A stretch of 63,842 nucleotides of DNA, filler included, from Octopus bimaculoides (GCF_001194135.2; 9 parts of 8 records of this genome joined end to end with filler, not necessarily neighbours in it), one strand, 5' to 3'. Positions 22,035 to 35,079 are shown, counted from the first letter of the whole stretch. Program-made: numbers and translations. The notes: generated by a model not told the origin, from the sequence alone.

Positions 22035-24639
22035 TCATATTCTAATCTCTTGTTCTGAATCTGGTGAAGCTATGTAACCAGTCTGACTTTGTTTGACTAT
22101 TGCATGTGCACGGCCCGGCATGTTTGGAGCAGAGCTGTGTCCAGAACTTGAAGCTCCACGGGAGCTAACAACAGGAGATAGGGATGGACATTTTGTTGCC
22201 AATGGCGACAGAGAGGGTGAAAATGAAGGAGTCAATGCAGGGGATGGGAAAAAGGACTCGTGGGTGATTGGTGACCGAGGCAACGGTGGGAGAGGAGCAT
22301 TAGTCCTTGATGAAGGGATCATGGGGCCTCCTGGAGCTACTGTGTGACTAGAGTGCTTTGAACCTTGCTTATACATTCTGGGGGGTGCATCTGTAATTAT
22401 AGGAGGTGGTACAGTCCGAATGTTAGCATTCAATGTGCTATTTACAAATCTTTGAGGGACCATGTGAACTGGCTGTTTTTTGGGTTTAAAGTTTGAATTT
22501 TCTTCATCTTTTAGCTGAGCTATTTCAGCAAAAACATCAGCCAGTGGCATATATTGTGGACCCCAATCAAGCAAATAATCCCAATTATAGGAACCACTGT
22601 ATTCTTCTTCGCTGTTCACTACACTAGATAACGACGCCACCTGGTGGGGTTCTGCATCATGAAACCCTTGATCTCTTGAGTTCTCTATAATAGATAACTC
22701 ATCGTCTGTCTCAATGTCTCCTAGCTTTTCATACACAAAATTGTCAACATTGTTACTTTCTCCGCCACCTTCATCTTGGTAGTGGCGGATACTGTCCACA
22801 GAAGGTGCGACTGCAGCAGCTTTTGCCTTGGCCTGTATCCGTGCGGTATCGATACCTAGGCGGGCAAAATACTCTTGATGGTTCTGAACTGGAGGTTCGG
22901 AACAGCTGTCGTCATCTTGCTGGATGCCAGAGTCAGGCATCTTGCTCTTCCTTGACAATGTTTGTGACTGAATGCAGGTGTTGGAGTTGATCATACGAAT
23001 CTCTTCATCCTCTTCTTCTTCCTCTGCAGAACCACGCCCACTAGATGTTGAGTTACCTGACCTATCAGAAAGCACCTCGGACCGAGCAATGTTCACAGAA
23101 TGCCCATTGCAGTGAACGACTTCTTGGTAGGAGGGAGGTCCAGTGTGCCTCGGAGCAACAGGTGGAGGTACCTCAAATGCAGTATTAAAAGCTGGTGGTG
23201 CGCTTCGCGGTTTTCGTTTGCGATACCGACGCCGAAAAAGCAAGAACAACAGAATGCAGACACTGATGATGATGAGACTGACTAATACGGCAACAATTAT
23301 AATCACCAGTTTCTTACTGCTTGGTTCCGGATTGAATACTTTTAATTTATTACATCCAATACAACCACGGTCAATTTTTACATTCACTTTCGTGCTCGTT
23401 GTTTTGGAATTCGATTTCCCTGATCCAGCTAGAATGACCAAAGACACATCCTCATATTTCTCATTTGATTCTGTTTCTTTTGTGTCCCTCTTTCGTCGAC
23501 TAGCAGACTGATGTCCACTTCGAATTCCACGTAAGTTCTCTCGTACATAGATGCTACCGTTTACTGGTGAGATCATAAATGGGCTTGCTGGATCACCAAG
23601 CTGGAAGAATATGCGTCCATCTTCCCCTTTGTCCTCATCGGTGGCGTTGACTTCACCTACATAGTCACCGACATCCGCATCACCACGGATTTCGAATGAG
23701 TACAACTTCTTCTTAAACTTAGGCGTATACTCATCTACACTCAAAATATTCACTGTAACTTTAATTGTCGTGTTCTGTCCATTACTGTCGTTGGCTAACA
23801 GCTGGAATGTGTACTGTGTACGTGATTCATAGTCAAAGATCACTGAGCTGTGAACCCAGCCACTCTCTTTATCAATGTAGAAGTAGCTGTAATCATTGTT
23901 GAAGATGTGGTAGCTCATTTTCTCGTATTTATCTTCATCGTTTGCATGAGCTTGGAATATACGAGTGGTGACTGGTTCATTTTCGGCAATAAATTCAATA
24001 TAACTTTGAAGTGGAAAATGGGGGGAAGATTCATTGACATCTGTCACGTTTATCACGACTGACGTAAAGGTCATCAGACGACTTTCGCCTACCTCACAGC
24101 CGACACAGTCAATGGCCCTCACAACAAGTTTGTGACTGGTTTGCGTTTCATAATCTAAGTGACGTCCGGCAGTGATAAATATCCTACCGGATTCTCGGTT
24201 TATTCGGAATAGTCCGTTATCGTTACCAGAGGTAATTGCATAACCAACTCTGCCATTGTTGCCAACATCCCCATCGGATGCATGGACTCGGCAAAAGCTG
24301 ACATTGCTGAGGAACGATTCATTCAACACGACATGATAGATTGCTTGGTCAAAAACTGGACGTTGGTCGTTGATGTCGTCGACAAGAATGTCGACATTCA
24401 CTGTGGATGATTGGTGACCACTCATTGCCATTACTGTAAAGCTGTAGTCATCAATTTTCTCTCGGTCAAGCATACTGTTGAGAACAATCTCACCTGAACG
24501 CCGACCGATAGAGAAGACGTTTTGCATTTCACTTTGGACAATTTTATAGAAGATCCTGTTCTGTGTGAGACTCGTTGACTTTGGTAGTTTCACATCAAGT
24601 AGAACAGTACCACGGCTAATATTTTCCTTGACATTGTGC
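22035..24639 (-). CDS. ds: Dachsous atypical cadherin, terminal coding exon (about 4 cadherin repeats, TM helix, cytoplasmic tail, stop)
   Basis: Open frame of about 868 codons. Cadherin motifs LDRE, DINDQRPVF, LDYE, DVNESSPHF and VDEYTPKF; TM LVIIIVAVLVSLIIISVCILLFLLF (about 23236-23310). Ds cytoplasmic motifs SGRGSAEE and GSYNWDYLLDWGPQYMPLADVFAEIAQLKD. Acceptor TTTTTCAG at 24640. Confidence 0.95.
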
Positions 24640-24766
24640 CTGAAAAACAACAGAAAGCAAAGAATTAGGAACCCAGAAATGAAGGGGAAAAGCTCAAATA
24701 CATATATGTTTAAAATTTTATATGTGTATGTGTGTGTATCTGTGTGTACATGTAGGTTTATAATTT

Positions 24767-24798
<32 letters not shown>

Positions 24799-24869
24799 TG
24801 AGTTCAGCAAAAATTTAGATTCAGGTGAATATGGTACTTAAGTTTAGGCACCAGAATTTAGTGCAGGTC

Positions 24870-24972
24870 TATTGTAGAAAGCACTTGCCCAAGGCACCAT
24901 GCAGTGGGACTGAACCTGAGACCATGTGGTTGGGAAACAAATTTCTCAACCAAATGGCTAAGCCTGCACCTA
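24870..24972 (-). mobile_element. SINE family A head inside the ds intron
   Basis: Plus strand GCACTTGCCCAAGGCACCATGCAGTGGGACTGAACC. Confidence 0.8.
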
Positions 24973-25049
24973 TACGTGTGTGTGTGCATGTGTATGTATA
25001 TATTTATGTGCCTGTGCTGCTGACTGGCTTCCCATCTGAATGTAGTTGA

Positions 25050-25268
25050 TGCCAGTCTCCACCCTGACTGGCTCCCATGCCAGTGACATGTAAAAAGCAC
25101 TCACTACACTCTTGGAGTGGTTGGTGTTAGGAAGGGCATCCAGCTGTAGAAACCTTGCCAGATCAGAGTGGAGCCTGGTGTAGCCTACTGGTGTGCCAGT
25201 CCCCAGTCAAACCATCCACCCTATGCTAACATGGAAAATGGACATTAAACGAGGATGATGACAATGAT
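25050..25268 (+). mobile_element. RTE-type 3' end or RTE-tailed SINE with (GAT)n-like tail
   Basis: TTAGGAAGGGCATCCAGCTGTAGAAACC…CATGGAAAATGGACATTAAACGAGGATGATG. Family call is by recognition. Confidence 0.6.
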
Positions 25269-25621
25269 GTATAAATTAATTCAGTCTTAAAATAGTGCAA
25301 AATATTACTGCTTGGTGTAAGGATACCGTTTAAGATTTTATATAATTTTAGGCTAATTTTAATTCTAGCTAAAATTTTTAGACAACTTCAGAGTTCCTTG
25401 CTTGTATATGCATTTGTTGCTTTCTTTATAGTCTGAATCAAGGCATGTATGTGAGATACTTTGAGTGGCCATTGAGATCCATCATCAACTTATACTTCAA
25501 ATTTCCTGACTTCCAGTTGGAAACACAACACAATAAAACAAATTAAAACGTAAAATATTTTGTCTATGAACAACTCTGTAATCGAAAAAGGGCAAGATTC
25601 GAAAAGAAGACTGATTGTTAC

Positions 25622-25793
25622 CTGTAAGTGAGTTGAGGAAAGCTAGGAATGGTGTTGTAGACAGGAAAGATTTGCACGTAAATACCGACAACGGTTGACA
25701 GCCGTGGCGTGCCACCATCTTCGGCGACGACGACAAGTTGGATAAATGATTTGTTAGGGTTGTAAGTCAGCGTCTTGTTCACGTGAATGGTTC
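25622..25793 (-). CDS. ds: Dachsous penultimate coding exon (172 bp)
   Basis: Translates GTIHVNKTLTYNPNKSFIQLVVVAEDGGTPRLSTVVGIYVQIFPVYNTIPSFPQLTYR (cadherin AxDGGxP motif). Acceptor TTTTGCAG and donor GTAACA. The phase-2 junction AG|G restores Arg in frame with the terminal exon across a 982-bp intron. Confidence 0.93.
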
Positions 25794-26348
25794 CTGCAAA
25801 AATTGATAGCCAAGAAAATGGTTGGTTAGGAGGAGGAAAAGTTGGGGAAAAAAGACAAAAAGTTGGAGAGAAGGAAGTTGGAAGAACCGAAGTCAATCAT
25901 GGGAAAGGTGTAAAACAAAAATAAATAAATAAATAAATTGAATTTTGAAGTGGAAATGGAAAGCTTCTTGCTTTTGTAGAATGCAAAGGAATGTTCTTTA
26001 GGAGTTTTGAAGTTGTGAATCTTGACTTCTTAAATCAACGACTGATATTGTGTCTCAGACCCCAAAACATTCTTCTGTATGTGATGAGTATCTTCGTTTC
26101 TCTTCTTGCTTCTATAAAGTGTGACGAAATCTCCAATAAAATTTCTGCCATGGTGAAAGAAGTCAAAGAATATTTATTGTCTATTTTGAAAAGGTTAGAG
26201 AAATTTTTCTCTTGTAATTGTGATTGAATCAGTAGTTAGCTGGACAGACCGTTCTCTCACCTGAGCAGTAGTCGCTCTATAATTAACTCTGATCTAATCT
26301 TCGTGTTAATAGAGCATCACAACGATGTTGGCACTGGTTGTGTGATAC

Positions 26349-26476
26349 GGTGCCAAGTATGTCATCGATGATGAGTGATTGGTGCCAAGTATGTCATCGA
26401 TGATGAGTGATTGGTGCCAAGTATGTCATCGATGATGAGTGATTGGTGCCAAGTATGTCATCGATGATGAGTGATT
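26349..26476. repeat. Four perfect 32-bp tandem repeats
   Basis: GGTGCCAAGTATGTCATCGATGATGAGTGATT x4. Each unit contains the palindrome TCATCGATGA. Confidence 0.98.
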
Positions 26477-26700
26477 GGTTGGCTGGTTGATTCCAAGACT
26501 TACAATCTACTGTCAATTCTACTTACACATTCATTCATTTATTCTGGTTTCAGTCACAGAACTGTGGCCTGACCGCACAAGACTTAATTAATCAACCTCA
26601 GAAGCCTATGCAGAGGTGGTCTGGGCAGGATTTGATCACTGAATGTAAAAGTGCATAAGTAAATATCACAGATATTTTCTCCAACCCTCTTCTAATCCTG

Positions 26701-26741
<41 letters not shown>

Positions 26742-27080
26742 CACGCACACACACACACACACAAATGATATCTTGATGTGGTAGCTAAATGACTTTCAAA
26801 TCACATGCAACACGTTTATAAAAGACAGTGATACAGTCATTGATAAAACCAAGTCAAAATATAAAAAAAACAGGATGGTCACGATGTGGAATGTCTTTTA
26901 CTATAGGTTTGTTTGACCGTGACTGACCTGAAGCTGAACAACAACAGAATGGTAGAGATTCTTAACTTCTACCTTCATTTNNNNNNNNNNNNNNNNNNNN
27001 NNNNNNNNNNNNNNNNNNNNNNNNTTAATTAATTAANNNNNNNNNNNNNNNNNNNNNNNNNNNNNNNNNNNNNNNNNNNN

Positions 27081-27133
<53 letters not shown>

Positions 27134-28008
27134 ATATATATATATATATATGAATTTATATGTATATATATATATATATGTATATATATATGTTATACAC
27201 ACACACACACGTGTATATTTATATAAATATACACACATACAAATATATATGTATACTTATAAATACACACACGGACACACACACACGTGTGTTATACAAA
27301 CATACATACACGTATAGAGGCATAGACACGTTTACACTTCACACTCTCACACAAAACACCCACACACACACACACACATCCGAACACACATTCACAACCC
27401 CCCCCCCNNNNNNNNNNNNNNNNNNNNNNNNNNNNNNNNNNNNNNNNNNNNNNNNNNNNNNNNNNNNNNNNNNNNNNNNNNNNNNNNNNNNNNNNNNNNN
27501 NNNNNNNNNNNNNNNNNNNNNNNNNNNNNNNNNNNNNNNNNNNNNNNNNNNNNNNNNNNNNNNNNNNNNNNNNNNNNNNNNNNNNNNNNNNNNNNNNNNN
27601 NNNNNNNNNNNNNNNNNNNNNNNNNNNNNNNNNNNNNNNNNNNNNNNNNNNNNNNNNNNNNNNNNNNNNNNNNNNNNNNNNNNNNNNNNNNNNNNNNNNN
27701 NNNNNNNNNNNNNNNNNNNNNNNNNNNNNNNNNNNNNNNNNNNNNNNNNNNNNNNNNNNNNNNNNNNNNNNNNNNNNNNNNNNNNNNNNNNNNATATATA
27801 TATATATATACACATACATATATATATGTATACACACACACCCAATGTGTGTGTGTGTGTGTGTGTGTAGCTATGCAATGTAGGATTAGGCTCATAATAA
27901 TAGCAATAGGGAGGAGGAGGAAGAGAAGAAGAAAGGAAAATATTAATAAAGGAACTTAATTAGAACAATGACTATCATCATCATCACCATTATTATTATT
28001 ATTATTAT

Positions 28009-28052
<44 letters not shown>

Positions 28053-29089
28053 TGCCACAGAAAAAAAAAATTGAAATTCATAAAACAGTCATAAAATAAG
28101 CAAATAATAATAAAAAAAAATTAAAAAACAATAAACGAAAAATATATGAAATTAGCTTAACGTGAAAGTTAATCATATTGATAATTATAATTCGTGTAAT
28201 AGTAATTATGAAGACTTCTTAGTAATTCTAATCGTCATCATCATCATCATCATCATCATCATCACCAGCGTCGTCCTCGTCATCTTATATCCTTTTCCGA
28301 ATTCCCGTTCTAAGCAGTCAGAATCTTCTTATCCGTAACACAGCTCAAAGCCCGTGATTTATCGGCATTTTGNNNNNNNNNNNNNNNNNNNNNNNNNNNN
28401 NNNNNNNNNNNNNNNNNNNNNNNNNNNNNNNNNNNNNNNNNNNNNNNNNNNNNNNNNNNNNNNNNNNNNNNNNNNNNNNNNNNNNNNNNNNNNNNNNNNN
28501 NNNNNNNNNNNNNNNNNNNNNNNNNNNNNNNNNNNNNNNNNNNNNNNNNNNNNNNNNNNNNNNNNNNNNNNNNNNNNNNNNNNNNNNNNNNNNNNNNNNN
28601 NNNNNNNNNNNNNNNNNNNNNNNNNNNNNNNNNNNNNNNNNNNNNNNNNNNNNNNNNNNNNNNNNNNNNNNNNNNNNNNNNNNNNNNNNNNNNNNNNNNN
28701 NNNNNNNNNNNNNNNNNNNNNNNNNNNNNNNNNNNNNNNNNNNNNNNNNNNNNNNNNNNNNNNNNNNNNNNNNNNNNNNNNNNNNNNNNNNNNNNNNNNN
28801 NNNNNNNNNNNNNNNNNNNNNNNNNNNNNNNNNNNNNNNNNNNNNNNNNNNNNNNNNNNNNNNNNNNNNNNNNNNNNNNNNNNNNNNNNNNNNNNNNNNN
28901 NNNNNNNNNNNNNNNNNNNNNNNNNNNNNNNNNNNNNNNNNNNNNNNNNNNNNNNNNNNNNNNNNNNNNNNNNNNNNNNNNNNNNNNNNNNNNNNNNNNN
29001 NNNNNNNNNNNNNNNNNNNNNNNNNNNNNNNNNNNNNNNNNNNNNNNNNNNNNNNNNNNNNNNNNNNNNNNNNTATAGTTTCGGGCCGA

Positions 29090-29375
29090 CTAAAAAATAC
29101 CACCACAACAGCAACAACATTACAACCACCACTACTATTACCACAACTACCAACACAACCATCAATGCAGTCGCCACTGGTACAAACACCACCACCATCA
29201 ACACCACCACCACCGCTACCAGCACCACCACCACACCCAAAGCAAATACCACTACCACTACTAACTCCACAATCACAACCACCACTACCACCACCATCAA
29301 CACTACCACCACCACCACCACCGCCGCCAAAACCATCACCACCACCACTACCATCACCACCACCAACAACACCTG
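29090..29375. repeat. (ACC/ACT/AAC) low-complexity trinucleotide tract
   Basis: Seen directly. Confidence 0.9.
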
Positions 29376-30729
29376 CATTGCCGTTCCGCTTGACTGATTC
29401 CATCGGCAATCACTGTTAGACTACTGCACACATCACATGTTCTACGTGACAACATCACGGGACTAGTGAATGCAAAGTATCGCTGAAGTCACGTTCCGGC
29501 GAGAACTGAAAGGTCAAATGCTCGTTTGAAAAAGCGATTTGCAGGTTTGTTTGAATTTTATCGAGTTTCCTTGTAGGTATGGCGGCCTTGATATCGTGTG
29601 GTGTGTTGTGGTGGAGGTGGCGACTGGGCGTCGAAGGACTGTAGCTGTTTAACCCTAGGTAAGTATACCATGATCCAGCTGATCAAGGATACACCAAACA
29701 TGATTATATATCATCTCCTGTGCAGGCATTATCTATCTAGTAGTACACTAACTAATGTGTCTGTATTGCTTGCGGCTTCGCTCCAAATCAATTTATAACC
29801 AATACGGCAATGAGGTCTAGGGTGAATGTGTGTGTGTGTACGGGTGTGAGTGTGTGTGTACGGGTGTGTGTGTGTGTGATCAAACTGATATCAAAGAGGC
29901 TGGTTTTGGCCTACGTCGGCAACATTGATGTTATGTTACGAAATCGATAAGACGAGTACGGAGAGCTTACAGGGAGGAATGGAAAATCCCACGTTTCGGA
30001 AAGAGTCCTTCTTCAGGAAAAAGTAGAAAGAAGAGAAATACAAATGAGACAACGGAATCTTTCGTCCTACACGCACACACACTTTTTCGCTGATCTTCAT
30101 GTGTGTATGTTTGTATGCATGAATGAATGAATCGGGGCGAAATTAAGACGCTTAGAGGCTTTAAGCACTTAAAAGGTGGGGGGGGGGAGCTCATGCAGTT
30201 TCGCACCTCTCCTTGAAAAATGCATTTTTTTGAAAATTTTTTTTCGGATTCCTACGTTTTAGATGTCGGAGATTATGAATATGCAAAAAACAAAACAAAA
30301 TTATAATAATAATTTTTTAAATTTTACACCCCTCATTTAAAATTTAGAACTTTCTCGAAATTCTTTTCCCGTTGCTTTAGATGACGGAGATAGCGAATAT
30401 GCAAGAAACCACGTTTTCAAAATTTTAAATTCAATAAGAATATAGATATATGTATAAAGAGATAGATAGATAGGAATGTCTTCCTGGGGTTAAAAACAAC
30501 AGTAACACCGTCCTCTACAGGACCGCCACATTTAGTTGACAAATATATTTTATAAATAAACGGACAGGGATAAATAGATAGACAGATACATGAATAAATG
30601 GATGAAAATGTTCAAGATTTAAAATTAGGGGAAGGAGTGAAATTTGAGCCCCTTATTAAACTTTATAACATTAATTATTAAACATTAATGTTTGTTTTTC
30701 ATAAAATGGTGTATATTTAACTTGAAGAC

Positions 30730-30885
30730 CGGTGGTGTAGGCAACAAACAGATGTATTAGTTTAACGCTCGGGAAGTGAAAAAGTCTTTAACGTTTCGAG
30801 CCTACGCTCTTCCACAGAAAGGAACACAGAAAGAAACAAGGAGAGAAAATAAAGAATGTGTAGTGGCTAACGATCTATCATGGCG
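30730..30885 (-). mobile_element. Penelope-like terminal repeat family 1, with hammerhead-like motif at 30786-30821
   Basis: Minus strand CTTT-CTGTGGA-A-GAGC-gtag-GCTC-GAAAC-GTT-AAAG. About 125 bp is homologous to 34087-34215. Confidence 0.65.
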
Positions 30886-30919
30886 AATGCCGGACAGAGG
30901 GGATATATATATATATATA

Positions 30920-30924
<5 letters not shown>

Positions 30925-30955
<31 letters not shown>

Positions 30956-31160
30956 TTTGTTCCCNNNNNNNNNNNNNNNNNNNNNNNNATCTCTTGACAA
31001 CCGTGTGTTTACGTCGCCGTTACCTTGCGATTCGGCAAAAGAGACCAATAGAATAAGTACTAGGCTTCCAAAGAATAAGTCCCGGGGTCGATTTGCTCGA
31101 CTAAAAGGCGGTGCTCCAACATGGCCGCAGTCAAATGACTGAAACAAGTAAAAGAAAGAA
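30925..31160 (+). mobile_element. SINE family A, 3' half
   Basis: (TG)n…CTTGACAACC…GAATAAGTACTAGGC…CCGCAGTCAAATGACTGAAACAAGTAAAAG. Confidence 0.9.
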
Positions 31161-31254
31161 TAGTTTCACCATCTTCGACACTTAAGGATCGCTTCCTTTA
31201 CCATCTTCTATTGGCTGCTATTTCTAGCAAATTAAATGACCACTTACAGAACCG

Positions 31255-31600
31255 TTGCTCCAGCTGGTCTCGTAGTTGTTGTAACGGTTGTTGTTGTTCG
31301 ATTCGTTGCTCGTGCTGTTCTTGTTGTTGTGGTCGTCGTTGTCATTCATGTCGTCATCGTAATCGTCGTCTTCCTCCTCCTCCTCCTCCTCATCGTCATC
31401 ATCGTCGTCATCATCATCATCGTCATCACCGTTGTCACCATCATCATCATCATCATCACAATCATTATCGTCATCACCGTCATCACCATCGACATACACG
31501 TCGACGCTATGGTACGTGCCGTCGCTGCTGCTGCTGCTGTTGGTGTTCCGCTGATTGTTGTTGTTGTTTGTTGTTGTCGTCGCTGTGCCGATTGTTGCGT
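31255..31600. repeat. Mosaic trinucleotide low-complexity tract (GTT/GTC/CTC/CAT/GCT)
   Basis: Seen directly. Confidence 0.9.
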
Positions 31601-31789
31601 TGCCAGTTCGATAACGAAACACACTAATCATCGACCATCGATGAAATACGCTTGATAAAAAAAANNNNNNNNNNNNNNNNNNNNNNNNNNNNNNNNNNNN
31701 NNNNNNNNTTAATTAATTAANNNNNNNNNNNNNNNNNNNNNNNNNNNNNNNNNNNNNNNNNNNNTGTATATGAAATTTTGAGTTTAGTT

Positions 31790-31856
31790 CACGGACTCCC
31801 CAGTTCTACCTTTGTGGACCACCAGGAGTCCGTAGACCCCAGGTTGGGAACCACTG
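31790..31856. mobile_element. hAT/Charlie-like MITE right end
   Basis: TIR GGTTGGGAACCACTG at 31842-31856. The left end is probably in the N gap. Confidence 0.65.
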
Positions 31857-31861
31857 CTTTA

Positions 31862-32020
31862 GGCGTAGGCATGGTTAAGCAGCCTGTCTTGCAAGCACAT
31901 GATTTCGGGTTCAGTCCCGCAGCGCAACACCTTGGTGGAGTCTTCCAACAATGACTTGTGAGTGGTAGATGGAAACTGCGTGGAATCCTGTTGTACACAC
32001 ACGTGTGTGTGTGTGTGTGT

Positions 32021-32061
<41 letters not shown>

Positions 32062-32265
32062 AGTACGTGTATATTTGCGTTTGTCTTTCTACTCCACCAG
32101 TGCTTGACAACCGGTGTTGGTTTGTTTCCCTCCACCGAACCTAGCAGTAAAGAGACCAAACTTTAAGAAATAATTACTTAAGTCCGTTTATTCGACTAAA
32201 CACTTCAAGATGGTGCCCCAGCATGGGCGTAATCTAGTGTCTGAAACCAATAAAACGTAAACGAT
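31862..32265 (+). mobile_element. SINE family A, diverged
   Basis: Head GGCATGGTTAAG…GGGTTCAGTCCC, internal (TG)n and tail GGTGCCCCAGCATGG. Confidence 0.85.
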
Positions 32266-32317
32266 AAACAAAACGTGCATTTGATAAATTCTTGATTCAT
32301 TAATATTTTGCTCACTT

Positions 32318-32912
32318 CGACCCCAATACTGTACTTATTTTATAGACCCTAAAAAGAATGAAAGACAAAGGCGACCTGGACGGAATTTGAACTCAGAACG
32401 TAAAGACGAACGAAACACTGTTATGCATTTTGTCCGGTGTGCTAACGATTCAGCCAACTCACCGCTTTAGTGTTTTTATAGATATTTGTTTCACATTTTG
32501 ACACAAAGCCAGTCAATTACATCGACCCCAGACTCCACCTCGTACTTATTTTATCGACCCAGGAAGTGATGAAAAGCAAAGTCGACTCCGGCGGAATTTG
32601 AACTCAGAGCATAAAGACGGATGAAATGGCGCAAAGCATTTTGTCCGGCGTGCTGACGATTCAGCCACATTATCGCCTTAATAATGATAATAATAATCCT
32701 TTCTACTAAAGATACAAGGCCAGAAATCTGGTGGAGAGGACTAATCGATTACATCGACCCCCAGTGTTTCACTGGTACTTCATTTATCGACCCCGAAAGG
32801 AGGAAAAGCAAAATCGACCTCGGTGGAATTTGAACTCAGAAAGTAGCGGCGAAAGAAATACCGCTAAGAATTTCGTCCAACGCGCTGACGATTCTGCCAG
32901 CTCGCCGTCTTA
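32318..32912 (-). mobile_element. Three tandem SINE family B copies (about 32318-32468, 32490-32680, 32695-32912)
   Basis: GGAATTTGAACTCAG occurs three times, each with its own head and tail, all on the minus strand. Confidence 0.9.
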
Positions 32913-34074
32913 ATGATGACGATAGTGACGACGACGACGATGATGATGATGATGATGATGATAGTAGTGGTGCTGGCGGTGGTGGTGGTGCTAGTGGCAG
33001 ACGTGTGAGAAAACGATGCTACCCAATGCATTTGGTTTTTCTGCAGCTCAAATTTCCGGAAATGAACTATAGCACTGACTTGGTGACCTGTACTGCGACA
33101 TCGTTGTTGTCATGTGACACAGAAGCATAACAGACAACACGAGATGTTTTTTTTTGCATAAACAAGCAAACACTCAGGAACACACACGCACACACACGTA
33201 CACACATACACACACACATCCACATGCAGAGAGAGAGAGACAGACAAACAAAGAAAGGCATATATATATATATACACATACGTATGTATGTATGTGTATA
33301 TATGTATATGCACAAACAACTATATACATTATATATATATAATTGTACATGCCCTCACACGCTGTGGCATAGTGAAAATACACACATGCACACATGCATA
33401 TGCACATATATAAACTGTCATATACGTGTGTGTTTGCGTCTGTGTGTGTATGTGTGTGTGTTCGTGTACGCACACACAAACCTCGCACACGTGTAAGCAT
33501 TCACACACAAAATGTATACCTCCACAAACATGTTCACAAACATGCACATATTCACGCAATGATGCAAACACACACACACACACACACACGCACACATAAA
33601 TACAGACATCCGCGCATGGGGTAACAGACGCACAAGGACCCACACACATATACACGCACATTCATGCACATACACATATGCACACACGTTATATAAGTCA
33701 TCAGTCATCACTCATCCTTTATTTCTTTAAGGATGACCAGATAGTCCTCATCACTCCGACAGATGAACGTGGAATATTTAACTTAATAATCACTCAGTGT
33801 GACTAGCACTGACCAGACTCCACAGAAGAAACCTTTATTGTTCAACAGAGAGGAAAACAGCTTCGACAACGTAGTGTGGAGAACAGAGAGCAAGTGAAGG
33901 CAAGTAAGACCTCCTGGCCACCAACTGCATCCGCCTTCATCCCTAATCATCTTGACCTGATATTGACACTGGATTGAAGATGGTACACAGACTAAAGAGT
34001 AAGGCTGCCGGTACACAACTCTACTTCACTTTGAACAAAGTCATTGTAAAAGTCATCCTTGAGAATGACTAGAT

Positions 34075-34245
34075 TCGTCGCCCGTGTTTCTCTCCTTATT
34101 CCTTTCTGTGTTCCTTTCTGTGGAAGAGCGTCGGCTCGAAACGTTAAAAGACTTTTTCAATTCCCGAGCATTATACTAATACATCTGTTTGTTTTCTACA
34201 CCACCTGCCTTCGTCTTTTGCTTTTTTTTATGAATTCTCCCTATA
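34075..34245 (+). mobile_element. Penelope-like terminal repeat family 1, with hammerhead-like motif at 34114-34150
   Basis: CTTT-CTGTGGA-A-GAGC-gtcg-GCTC-GAAAC-GTT-AAAAG. A further fragment of this repeat lies at about 51903-51950. Confidence 0.65.
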
Positions 34246-35013
34246 TACATATATATATANNNNNNNNNNNNNNNNNNNNNNNNNNNNNNNNNNNNNNNNN
34301 NNNNNNNNNNNNNNNNNNNNNNNNNNNNNNNNNNNNNNNNNNNNNNNNNNNNNNNNNNNNNNNNNNNNNNNNNNNNNNNNNNNNNNNNNNNNNNNNNNNN
34401 NNNNNNNNNNNNNNNNNNNNNNNNNNNNNNNNNNNNNNNNNNNNNNNNNNNNNNNNNNNNNNNNNNNNNNNNNNNNNNNNNNNNNNNNNNNNNNNNNNNN
34501 NNNNNNNNNNNNNNNNNNNNNNNNNNNNNNNNNNNNNNNNNNNNNNNNNNNNNNNNNNNNNNNNNNNNNNNNNNNNNNNNNNNNNNNNNNNNNNNNNNNN
34601 NNNNNNNNNNNNNNNNNNNNNNNNNNNNNNNNNNNNNNNNNNNNNNNNNNNNNNNNNNNNNNNNNNNNNNNNNNNNNNNNNNNNNNNNNNNNNNNNNNNN
34701 NNNNNNNNNNNNNNNNNNNNNNNNNNNNNNNNNNNNNNNNNNNNNNNNNNNNNNNNNNNNNNNNNNNNNNNNNNNNNNNNNNNNNNNNNNNNNNNNNNNN
34801 NNNNNNNNNNNNNNNNNNNNNNNNNNNNNNNNNNNNNNNNNNNNNNNNNNNNNNNNNNNNNNNNNNNNNNNNNNNNNNNNNNNNNNNNNNNNNNNNNNNN
34901 NNNNNNNNNNNNNNNNNNNNNNNNNNNNNNNNNNNNNNNNNNNNNNNNNNNNNNNNNNNNNNNNNNNNNNNNNNNNNNNNNNNNNNNNNNNNACGGCAGC
35001 GACCTGATTAATA

Positions 35014-35073
<60 letters not shown>

Positions 35074-35079
35074 TAATAA

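Noticed and set aside
22035-24650. Calling the gene a clustered protocadherin or Fat, or using the ORF-track Met at 24650 as the start
   Set aside because: The cytoplasmic motifs are Ds-type and there are no EGF/LamG domains before the TM. The first codons of the track ORF are intronic; the acceptor is at 24640.
33730-33960. Coding-looking plus-strand stretch
   Set aside because: In-frame stops, no recognisable domain and not cadherin on either strand.
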